Source of the DNA: Halobacteriaceae archaeon Tc-Br11_E2g27
Lineage (GTDB): Archaea; Halobacteriota; Halobacteria; Halobacteriales; Haloarculaceae
Assembly: GCA_001564135.1 (NCBI GenBank)
Contig: LKNH01000001.1
Coordinates: 1-45,404 of the forward strand
DNA length: 45,404 nt
Reading direction: 5' to 3'
Every line of letters starts with the position of its first letter. The stretch's first letter is position 1. The notes below the pieces were generated by a model. That model was given only the letters and a program-made list of their open reading frames with translations. It made no database searches and had not been told where the DNA came from. Positions 19,526 to 28,444 of the stretch are shown here, piece by piece. Both the position numbers and the translations under genes were made by a program.

Positions 19526-20299
19526 ATGAGAAAGAATAACACGCAAACATCGGGAACAATTGGGGCGACGAGAAAGTCGTTCGCTATACTCGAACAGCTT
19601 GCACAGCATGGCCAAACAGGGGTTTCGACATTGGCAACGGAGCTTGGTTATTCAAAAAGTACGGTACACAACCACCTTCAGACATTGCACGAACTGGGGT
19701 ACGTAACCGCGAATGATGGGGAGTACGGATTGAGTGTACGGTTTCTGGGGTTAGGGGACAGAGCTCGACAGCGTCATGACCTGTATTACGTCGCAAAACG
19801 TGAAGTCGATGACATGGTCGATGCAGTGGGCGAGCGTGGCCAGGTGATGGTCCGGGAGGGAAACACCGGAGTGTATATTTATCAATCCTCAGCGGACCAG
19901 GCGATTAGAACAGATTCACACATCGGCACAACAGTCGCACTTCACGCGACAGCAGTGGGAAAAGCATACCTGTCACAGCTTCCTGATTCCGAGCGAGATG
20001 CGTTGCTTAGCGAACTCGAGATGGGAGACAAAACGCCGTATACGTTGACAGACAGGAAAACACTGGAGTCAGAACTAGATGAAATTGCTGAGCGGGGGTA
20101 CGCGTTCAACGATGAAGAACGAACGATCGGTATGAGAGCAGTCGGTGCACCAATTTGCTCAGCGGACGGTAAAGTGATTGGTAGTCTGAGTATCTCAGGA
20201 CCGACTACCCGAATGACCGGGACCTGGTTTCGTGAGGAAGTTCCGGAGATAGTCGAACAGGCAGCCCAGGTCATCGGAATCAAAGCAACCTACTCATAG
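19526..20299 (+). CDS. IclR family transcriptional regulator
   Basis: N-terminal HTH (GVSTLATELGYSKSTVHNHLQTL), LHATAVGKAYL, ERGYAFNDEE, SISGP. Confidence 0.95.
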   Translation: MRKNNTQTSGTIGATRKSFAILEQLAQHGQTGVSTLATELGYSKSTVHNHLQTLHELGYVTANDGEYGLSVRFLGLGDRARQRHDLYYVAKREVDDMVDAVGERGQVMVREGNTGVYIYQSSADQAIRTDSHIGTTVALHATAVGKAYLSQLPDSERDALLSELEMGDKTPYTLTDRKTLESELDEIAERGYAFNDEERTIGMRAVGAPICSADGKVIGSLSISGPTTRMTGTWFREEVPEIVEQAAQVIGIKATYS

Positions 20300-20963
20300 T
20301 ACTTGGCTCAACAACTGAGGTGGTATTAAAAAGTAACAGTCTTAATGTTGTTATCGAATACTGTCACAGTGGTAAAATAGTGTGATGTAGAGCGGATACT
20401 ATCATTTACATTAGTATATTCTACTAATTTAACCTACATTAAGTGAGCGAAAGTGGCCATCAAAAAGAGATGACACACGAACCGGAACCAGATAGAGATT
20501 AGATTATCTCTATTTTGTTGGTATACAGAGATTTATTCGGTAGTGGCTTGTTATATACTCAAGATTGAGTGCGTACTTAGAAAGCATAGCAGCGGTTAAA
20601 TCAGATAACAAATTCAGCAGGAATAAACCTACTGGATAAAATGAATACCAGTAAAACGAATTTGTGTAATAGTTTTTATATTATAAATACCGATTTTATT
20701 ATATTAGAATGTACACTTGTCTATCTCCAACGGCACTACCGTTCCGATATACTAATTTCATAGCAAGCCTCCACAGACAATGATTTTGGCAATCATCATA
20801 TCTGTCTATATATCGTTCTTGTAGTCGTCACGGAGAGTAGTAGGGCCATTTGTTTGTGAATACCTGCGGATTCCATTATAGGAACGACCTTGTGCCAAAG
20901 TACGAGCAGCTTATCAGAGGCAAGTAAAATATAACAATACGAATCTCTGCATCAGTATCGGTC

Positions 20964-21968
20964 GTGATACAGCGACAATCAAGTGTGACGGATTCTCCCC
21001 ACAAGAAACGACCGTTAACAGCTGGGGTGATTGGCGTTGGAAGCATGGGTCGCAACCACGCGCGAATATACAGCGAACTGCCAAAGGTCTCATTAGGAGG
21101 AGTTTATGATGCAAACGCCGACGTGGCAAGGTCTGTCTCGACTGAGTATGGCACGAAAGCGTACGACATAGAAACACTTCTCGAAAACGTAGACCTGGTT
21201 TCGGTCGCCGTCCCAACTGAGTACCACTATGACGTTGTTAAGCGCTGCTTGGAAACAGAGACCCATGTACTGGTTGAAAAGCCCTTCGTCGATGAGATAC
21301 CACGCGGAAAAGAGTTAAGCAACATGGCATCTGCAAATGGGTTAGTGTTGCAGGTAGGCCACATTGAGCGGTTTAATCCGGCTACACAGGTGCTGTCGGA
21401 TATCATTTCTGACCTTGATGTGATTGCGATCGATATCGAGCGACTCGGCCCACCCGTTGACCGTGGTGGTGATGATAGCGTTATTATGGACTTGATGATT
21501 CACGATATCGACATCGTGCTATCGCTACTCGATAAAGAGCCCCATGATATCACTGCTCTTGCGCATAACCGCCAACATGCGACGGTACAGTTCAGGCTGG
21601 GAGAAGCAGTTACCACACTAACCGCGAGTCGATTAACCCAACAGAAGGTGCGAAAGCTCTCCGTGACTGCTCGTTCTTGTCGCGTTAACGTGGATTTTAT
21701 CGACCAATCTATCGAAATTCACCGTCATTCACTTCCAGAGTATGTTGAAACTGATGGTGATGTACGGTATCGCCAGGAGACTATCGTCGAACAACCGATT
21801 GTCGAGAACGGCGAGCCACTCAAAGGAGAGGTGAGTTCCTTTATTGATGCAGTCGAAAATGGGACAGAAGCAGTTGTCAATGCCGCAGATGCAATCCAAG
21901 CGCTGAAGATTGCGACTCAAATTGAAATGCTCGCCTTCGAAAAGCCCATGGAGGCTGAATCACTGTGA
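20964..21968 (+). CDS. Gfo/Idh/MocA oxidoreductase, WbpB/WlbA-like UDP-GlcNAcA 3-dehydrogenase
   Basis: GVIGVGSMG, VLVEKP, VGHIERFNP and DLMIHDID motifs; start uncertain (GTG 20964 or 20985). Confidence 0.87.
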   Translation: MIQRQSSVTDSPHKKRPLTAGVIGVGSMGRNHARIYSELPKVSLGGVYDANADVARSVSTEYGTKAYDIETLLENVDLVSVAVPTEYHYDVVKRCLETETHVLVEKPFVDEIPRGKELSNMASANGLVLQVGHIERFNPATQVLSDIISDLDVIAIDIERLGPPVDRGGDDSVIMDLMIHDIDIVLSLLDKEPHDITALAHNRQHATVQFRLGEAVTTLTASRLTQQKVRKLSVTARSCRVNVDFIDQSIEIHRHSLPEYVETDGDVRYRQETIVEQPIVENGEPLKGEVSSFIDAVENGTEAVVNAADAIQALKIATQIEMLAFEKPMEAESL

Positions 21969-23041
21969 GTTCCGATGCGTGCCGGTTTCTGGTCAGTATT
22001 CACCACCCTGCGCAGGCACACTTTTATCGGTATATCATCGAAGAGTTGCGAGAGAACGGTCATCTTGTAAGGGTCTGTGTCCGGAACAAAGAGATGACAG
22101 CGGACCTGCTTACCACCTTCGATATTGAGCATACGGTTCTTGCAGAAGCTCAAGAATCACTTGCTGGGACAGCACTCTCCCAGGCAAAATATGAATCAAA
22201 GCTGCTTCGAGAAGCGTGGCTATTTCAGCCAGATGTACTGACATCAATCGGCGGAATTGAGATTTCACATATCGCACCAATGGTAGGTGCGCGCTCTCTT
22301 GCGTTTATGGATACCCCCTCAAAGCTTGCATACCGATTGACAACTCCTAATCTCAACGTGACATGTGTGCCCGTTGCGTATAACGGAAATGCCCAGGGCG
22401 AGGTGCGTAGATACGATGGCTACCATGAACTTGCATATCTACACCCTGAACGGTTTACATATGAGCCAGACAAGCTCAAATTACACGGTGTCGACCCAAC
22501 CAATCGCCTGTTTGTGGTACGTTTGGTTGATTGGGGAGCATACCACGATGTTGGTCTAAACGGATTTGACGCGAAAACACGAGATAACCTGATTTCATTA
22601 CTTGCCCAGCACGGGGACGTATATATCACTAGCGAGCAATCACTCCCGCCATCACTCGCAAAATATGAGCTTGATATCCCACCGCATCTCATACACGATT
22701 TGCTCGCAGCAGCTGAACTCTATATCGGCGATTCCGGAACAATGGCCACGGAGGCTGCGCTCCTTGGAACTCCTGCAGTTCGAGTGAGTTCCCGAATCGA
22801 AGACGGAGACATGGGCAACTTCGTCGAGTTAGAACGACAGTATGGATTGTTGAAATCGTTTGCAAGTGGTCAGCCAGCGCTCGAACACGTGAAAGAATTT
22901 CTTGATTCTCCTCCTGCGCCAGCAGAATGGGAACAACAACGTAAGCAATTGCTTTCCGATAAGCGAGATGTAACTACATACGCGGTCGAGCAGTTAGAAC
23001 AGTTGGGAATCACCTCCAGACAGAAAGCCATCTATGCATAA
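21965..23041 (+). CDS. DUF354 family protein (predicted GT-B fold, glycosyltransferase/epimerase-like)
   Basis: HPAQAHFY, YDGYHELAYLHP and GDSGTMATEAALLGTP motifs; overlaps the upstream gene. Confidence 0.8.
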   Translation: MSSDACRFLVSIHHPAQAHFYRYIIEELRENGHLVRVCVRNKEMTADLLTTFDIEHTVLAEAQESLAGTALSQAKYESKLLREAWLFQPDVLTSIGGIEISHIAPMVGARSLAFMDTPSKLAYRLTTPNLNVTCVPVAYNGNAQGEVRRYDGYHELAYLHPERFTYEPDKLKLHGVDPTNRLFVVRLVDWGAYHDVGLNGFDAKTRDNLISLLAQHGDVYITSEQSLPPSLAKYELDIPPHLIHDLLAAAELYIGDSGTMATEAALLGTPAVRVSSRIEDGDMGNFVELERQYGLLKSFASGQPALEHVKEFLDSPPAPAEWEQQRKQLLSDKRDVTTYAVEQLEQLGITSRQKAIYA

Positions 23042-23070
23042 TTCAATCAATAACTGAAATAACGATACCC

Positions 23071-23310
23071 ATGACAAGAGACATACCAAAGAAAAACGGC
23101 GATAATGTAGTTCAACTTCCCGCAGAATTGGCTGAACGAATCGACAACCGCATTGCTGATACCGGGTTCCAAACTCGAGACGAATATGCAATCGAAGCAC
23201 TCGACCAGATGCTGACTCACATTGAGACAGGAACAAACGCACCATCACAACAAACTGACGAGGAGACCGAGGCTGTCAAAGACCAACTAGAGTCGTTGGG
23301 ATATCTTTGA
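23071..23310 (+). CDS. Small ribbon-helix-helix (CopG-like) protein with a C-terminal LxxLGYL motif
   Basis: VQLPAELAERIDNRI...GFQTRDEY RHH-like pattern; acidic; ends VKDQLESLGYL. Confidence 0.75.
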   Translation: MTRDIPKKNGDNVVQLPAELAERIDNRIADTGFQTRDEYAIEALDQMLTHIETGTNAPSQQTDEETEAVKDQLESLGYL

Positions 23311-23635
23311 ACTCGGAGCGAACACTGATTGGGTCTATCTTGGCCAGACGCAGGATTCGATACCAATCATTCCAGGTCATTTCTCAATTTCGGTTGGAAG
23401 AAACGATAGAAACCTACGATATCTACTATGAACGCACAATCACTCCAAAATAAGCAGTTTGTACACCGTGGTATGAGAAGTATAACAATCATTCTCTGCG
23501 AATATGTAATGACCAACGAAATGTTGGAACTGGCGGATAGATGGAAATCTCGCTCCTCTTTGTTGACTGATTGGACAGAGACGATACTGACTGCCGACCT
23601 ACTGGGTCGATTGGCTCTGAGGAAGCATTGAATCG

Positions 23636-25606
23636 ATGAGTTATCAAGGAAGTATATCCAGCTTACTGGGGGGTGATAATACCGACGTTACGCTGGCGCG
23701 AATTGGCCTCATCTCGTGTATATTGTTGCTTGGACTCAGGCTCCTCGCAGAACAGGTGTTGCTCGTGGTGATACCGCTTGCCGGAGGGAGTGCCTGCGCT
23801 CTCTACCTTGTCACACGACGTGAAGAAGCACAGCGATACGAATTCGTCGCCCTTCGCAGCTCGCTTGTCGGTTACCTCCCGACAGCCGTCTTTCTCTGTC
23901 TATCTGGAGTCGTTGTGTCTATCCATCTATCAGGCGGGCGTACAATGCTTACCCATCTGATGACTGGTCTCGTTGGCGTCTTCTTGCTTGCACAGGTACT
24001 GTTGACGGAGGAAGGGAAGCTTAACCCAACACTCGTGCTTGTACAAGTACTGTTCGCGTCACTCGTCATTCGGTTTGGTACCCTATTTGGGACACCTGGA
24101 TACACAGGCGTGGATATCTGGACACACGTTCCAGACTTTGTCGTCAGTATCGTCGATGTTGGGTCAGTGACTGGAATTGCAGGGTATAAATACGTAATGT
24201 CACCGTTATATCATCTCTACGGAGCCATCGGGGCGATAATTTTTAATTCACCCCGTGCAGGAATGTTTCTATCAGTTGGGACAGTGCTGGCACTCAGTAT
24301 ACTCCTCGTGTATGCAACGGCTCGATTGTTGCTTCCTGCCCGGTGGGCCGTCTTCGCTACGATTTTGTTTACATTTTCGTCCGAAGTGCTTCAATGGAGC
24401 ATCCACCTCATTCCAACGAGCATGGGACTGGTATTTTTCCTTGGACTGCTCTATTCGTTGACCAAGTTGTATTATACACCAGAGATTCGATGGTTTGGCT
24501 TGGTATTTGTTTTCGCATTGGCAGTGGTATTCACGCACCAGGTTTCCACAGCAGTCATTTTGCTTGCGCTTGGACTTGCTGCAGGAATAGCTATCATCGT
24601 ACTATTTCTGGAAACCGAACCGATTCAGGCGGGGAAAAAACGAGTGGCTATCGGCCTCTCCGGAATTTTCGGGGCAACTACCGTCATTACACTCGTCTCA
24701 TGGGCAAGTACACCGTTCTCCGGCGACTTTATTTTCCTCTGGCGGATGCTTGACGTGCTAGAACAACAAGTGCTCGGACAAGCCGGATTTTTGAACCTTG
24801 CGAGTGAGAATGGCGGAGGCGGTGGTGCCGGAGGAGCGCCTTCCGAGGGTCAAACTGGCCTCTGGGGCGAATTAGTACCGTTTATTGAATGGTTCGGCTT
24901 TGGGCTGCTTTTGGCACTGACAGTTGTCGGTGCGATTGTGCTATTGCGAACGTTCGAGGTCCCCGAGCTGAAGTTAATGTACCTTGCTCTCTTTGGAGCA
25001 ATGTTCGTGGTTGTGTATGGACTCTCCTTGTTTGGGTTACGTACCTTCATGCCTGGTCGCTGGCTGGCATTTATGCACGCACCAATGGCGATAATTAGCG
25101 CATTTGGGCTCTATTACGTCGCACAGAACGCACCACGGCGCGTGTTATTAGCTGTTGTCATCATTCTCTGTTTGGGCTACCCACTGACGATGATGACTGC
25201 AGAGAAAGCAACCCTCGATGCACCTGCTTTCGAAGATGAATACCCTCGATTTGCATACACCGAATCCGAAATCCGAGCGGTTGAAACGTTATCTGAGTAC
25301 CGGCCACCTGCGGTTGCACCTGTGATTGGTACGGACCATCCATACCGAACGGTCTACGAACGGTACGGCGGATACGATATTCCAGATATGGAGGTTGAAA
25401 ATAGCCAATCAGTGAATACACCGACGACCGTCTCACGGGAGTATCAGTTACAGGGGCCAGCAACAATACATCAACATGGCGAGCCAATTGTCCCACGACA
25501 GAGCAACGAGTTTCTCACAAGCAGTCTCTGCTCCGATGTCGGGACCCATCTCTATACAAGTGATACTGTGACAATCTGTTCCACTGGCGAGGGTGAGGAG
25601 ATATGA
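23636..25606 (+). CDS. Polytopic membrane protein, putative GT-C fold glycosyltransferase
   Basis: Many TM segments, loop motif GVDIWTH, soluble C-terminal domain; located in a sugar-biosynthesis cluster. Confidence 0.7.
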   Translation: MSYQGSISSLLGGDNTDVTLARIGLISCILLLGLRLLAEQVLLVVIPLAGGSACALYLVTRREEAQRYEFVALRSSLVGYLPTAVFLCLSGVVVSIHLSGGRTMLTHLMTGLVGVFLLAQVLLTEEGKLNPTLVLVQVLFASLVIRFGTLFGTPGYTGVDIWTHVPDFVVSIVDVGSVTGIAGYKYVMSPLYHLYGAIGAIIFNSPRAGMFLSVGTVLALSILLVYATARLLLPARWAVFATILFTFSSEVLQWSIHLIPTSMGLVFFLGLLYSLTKLYYTPEIRWFGLVFVFALAVVFTHQVSTAVILLALGLAAGIAIIVLFLETEPIQAGKKRVAIGLSGIFGATTVITLVSWASTPFSGDFIFLWRMLDVLEQQVLGQAGFLNLASENGGGGGAGGAPSEGQTGLWGELVPFIEWFGFGLLLALTVVGAIVLLRTFEVPELKLMYLALFGAMFVVVYGLSLFGLRTFMPGRWLAFMHAPMAIISAFGLYYVAQNAPRRVLLAVVIILCLGYPLTMMTAEKATLDAPAFEDEYPRFAYTESEIRAVETLSEYRPPAVAPVIGTDHPYRTVYERYGGYDIPDMEVENSQSVNTPTTVSREYQLQGPATIHQHGEPIVPRQSNEFLTSSLCSDVGTHLYTSDTVTICSTGEGEEI

Positions 25607-26541
25607 AAGGGACTGGCTATGGGTGGACAGTGGACCTCATCGCCATCGGAGTTCTCACAGTCCTTACAGCAGTGCTTCTCTGGTCGCAGATGCTTCCAGA
25701 CTATGTGGTCTGGGTTATTGGGGTTCCGTTTATTGTGCTGTATCCTGGATACGCGTTGATGGCAGCTATATTGCCCGAGAAAGCACCGCAACTGCATACA
25801 GCAGAGGTAAATGCCGAACGGTCACCAACGCGACTCTCAAGAGTTGCCCTCGCAATTGTGTTGAGTCCTGTGTTGCTGGGAACTCTTGCGATACTGCTGA
25901 GTCCCTGGAACGCAATCGAATTGGGACCGCTGTTGGTTGGAACCACCAGTATAACAGTTGGATTGCTGATAATTGCGGGGATAAGACGGCTTACCCTGCC
26001 GCCACGTATCCGAGAAAGCATCACCGTCGGTGAGATAAAATCATGGCTCGATGTGACAATCCCGACAAACTCTCGTCAGAATCTCTCACTCATGCTCGCA
26101 GTCATACTGTTGATTGGAGTGAGCGCAGCAGCAGTCACGGTACCGACTGATGGGGAAGCGTACACAGAGGCATATCTGCTCTCCGAAACAGATGATGAAT
26201 TACTGGCTGCGAACCTTCCAGACGAGGTAACAGCCGGTGAGACAGCAACGTTTCACGTCGGCATTGAAAATCATGAGAACGAACAGGTAACATACGAACT
26301 GGGTACCGTATTTCAACAATTAGATGGTGATGAGGCTACTGCGCAGGAGACATTGAATACGAGCGGTGTGACACTGTCAGACGAAGAGCAGGCAATTGAA
26401 GAACAATCGTTCACTGTTCCTGATATCGAGGGAGAACACCGCGTACAAGTCCTCATTTACGAGGGAGAGTTGCCAGACGAACCATCTGCCGAAAGTGCAG
26501 AGCACGTCCTCCAACTGCAACTCACGATTTCTGCAGACTAA
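25603..26541 (+). CDS. DUF1616 domain membrane protein
   Basis: LYPGYALMAAILP, five N-terminal TM segments, YTEAYLL and GIENHE in the C-terminal Ig-like part; ATGA overlap with the upstream gene. Confidence 0.82.
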   Translation: MKGTGYGWTVDLIAIGVLTVLTAVLLWSQMLPDYVVWVIGVPFIVLYPGYALMAAILPEKAPQLHTAEVNAERSPTRLSRVALAIVLSPVLLGTLAILLSPWNAIELGPLLVGTTSITVGLLIIAGIRRLTLPPRIRESITVGEIKSWLDVTIPTNSRQNLSLMLAVILLIGVSAAAVTVPTDGEAYTEAYLLSETDDELLAANLPDEVTAGETATFHVGIENHENEQVTYELGTVFQQLDGDEATAQETLNTSGVTLSDEEQAIEEQSFTVPDIEGEHRVQVLIYEGELPDEPSAESAEHVLQLQLTISAD

Positions 26542-26568
26542 TACCCAGCGGATAGGAGGACTAGTCTC

Positions 26569-27678
26569 TCACAAATACGAATCAAAGTACTCCAGTGCAG
26601 TGATGACAGCGTTGAGTTCGTCATCGGATAGTTGGGGGTGTACAGGGATTGATAGAACTTCGTCTGAGGCCCTCTCCGCGGCGGGTGCGCTCACTGAGTG
26701 CTCTGCGTAGGCCGGTTGCTCGTGAACTGGTATTGGATAATACACTCCTGTGTCGATACCAAACTCGTCGAGATGGTTTTTGAGTTCATCACGACGTTCA
26801 GAGCGAATAGTAAATTGATGATACGCGTGGGTGGTTCTGGGCGCTTCCCGTGGAAGCGAGAATGAACAATCTTGTAGTCCGTCATACAGACGCATGGCAT
26901 TCTGCCGGCGTTCGTGGACAAATAATGGGAGTCGCTGGAGCTGGGAGCGACCAATTGCAGCGGCTACGTTTGTCATCCGGAAGTTGTGTCCGAGACGCTC
27001 GTGCTCGTACCGGTCGCTCCGACCATGGTCTATAAACTGCCGGGTGCGTGCGGCAATCTCGTCATTATCTGTGACGACCATTCCTCCTTCACCAGTGGTC
27101 ATGTTCTTTGTCGGGTAAAATGAGAAACAGCCAACATCGCCGAGAGAGCCAACCGGCTTTCCACGGTGTGTTGCTCCGTGTGCTTGAGCCGCATCTTCAA
27201 TCACCGGGATATCATATCGAGCAGCGATATCTGAGAGCGCGTCCATGTCAGCGGGATGGCCGTACAGATGGACAACAAGCAATGCATCTATCTCACCATC
27301 ATGAGCCTGAATCGTAGATTCGACTGACTGTGGGTCTATGTTGTAACTCTGCGGGTCGATGTCGGCGAATACTGGTTCGGCACCCGTGAATCGAATGGCA
27401 TTTGCCGTAGCAATGAACGTAAACGGGGTCGTAACTACGCGGTCACCGGGTCCAATCCCGGCTGCATGTAACGCAGCATGGAGTGCAGTCGTTCCGTTCG
27501 ACGTGGCGATTCCATGGGAGGTATGACTAAACGAGGCAAATTCTGATTCAAACCGCTCGACTTCCTCACCGGAGGCAAGCGAGCCGGAGTCCAGAACCTG
27601 TTCAACAGCTGTTTTCTCTTCAGTCCCGATGTATGGGTCAGCAATCGCGATTCTGTCTTGATATTGAGTTTCTGTCAT
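26569..27678 (-). CDS. DegT/DnrJ/EryC1/StrS PLP aminotransferase, WbpE/WlbC-like
   Basis: SNGTTALH, FTFIATANA, EDAAQAHG, SFYPTKNMTTGEGG (PLP Lys), GHNFRM. Confidence 0.95.
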   Translation of the reverse strand: MTETQYQDRIAIADPYIGTEEKTAVEQVLDSGSLASGEEVERFESEFASFSHTSHGIATSNGTTALHAALHAAGIGPGDRVVTTPFTFIATANAIRFTGAEPVFADIDPQSYNIDPQSVESTIQAHDGEIDALLVVHLYGHPADMDALSDIAARYDIPVIEDAAQAHGATHRGKPVGSLGDVGCFSFYPTKNMTTGEGGMVVTDNDEIAARTRQFIDHGRSDRYEHERLGHNFRMTNVAAAIGRSQLQRLPLFVHERRQNAMRLYDGLQDCSFSLPREAPRTTHAYHQFTIRSERRDELKNHLDEFGIDTGVYYPIPVHEQPAYAEHSVSAPAAERASDEVLSIPVHPQLSDDELNAVITALEYFDSYL

Positions 27679-27699
27679 AATTGGATTCTTGTTGGTAGT

Positions 27700-28278
27700 T
27701 CAGGGGATGTGATTTTTTCCGGAAAGTTTCTCTGGGAGCGGGCGATGTGTCGCTGGCGTTCCTATGGCGAGCGTCTCCGGCGGAACATCCTCCGTGACAA
27801 GTGCGCCAGCGGCGACAAAGGAACCCTCGCCAATTGCCAATCCGGGCAGAATTGTAGCGTTCGCACCGATAGATACGTTATCCTGAATCTCGGCACCCGT
27901 AATGTGGCTGGTTTCCCGAATCGGATATGGGTCGTTGGTGACGACAGCATGCGGCCCAAAGAAGACGTTGTCACCGATGATTGTCTCCGGAGGGACGTAG
28001 GTTCCTGTCTGGAGGCTCACTGCTGAGCCAATCTGTACATCGCCATCAACAACAGACCGCGTACCAACTAAAACATCGTCGCCAATGCTGCTATTTTCTC
28101 TGATTAGAGTATCATGCCCAGTTCGGAACCTGTCACCGATTGTTACATCGCGATAAATGAGCGTTCCAGACCGGATGACGGCGTTATCTCCAAGAACCGT
28201 CTCGCCGCCCCCGTCACCGACACCGAGCGTCGCGGTATCGGCAATCGTACAGTCCGTCCCAACTGTTAGCGCAGGCAT
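27700..28278 (-). CDS. Hexapeptide-repeat N-acyltransferase, WbpD/WlbB-like
   Basis: Left-handed beta-helix repeats, VFFGPHAVVTND, IGANATILPG, VAAGALVTEDVP; GGTGA SD-like sequence upstream. Confidence 0.88.
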   Translation of the reverse strand: MPALTVGTDCTIADTATLGVGDGGGETVLGDNAVIRSGTLIYRDVTIGDRFRTGHDTLIRENSSIGDDVLVGTRSVVDGDVQIGSAVSLQTGTYVPPETIIGDNVFFGPHAVVTNDPYPIRETSHITGAEIQDNVSIGANATILPGLAIGEGSFVAAGALVTEDVPPETLAIGTPATHRPLPEKLSGKNHIP

Positions 28279-28444
28279 CGTCTCACCGCCCTATAGAACG
28301 ACATTTGCCATGACAAGAGCCTCGATAGCTATTGTTATAGAGCAAATACGGGAGGTCAGAAGCGAAGCCCAACAAAAAATACTGTATGTAACTGGTACGA
28401 TTATGACAAAGCGATATAAGTGGAATTGATGTTCTAGAATCAGT

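Noticed and set aside
20641-20763. 40-codon ORF in the AT-rich spacer
   Set aside because: Ile/Asn/Tyr-rich, unlike haloarchaeal proteins; expected by chance in AT-rich DNA.
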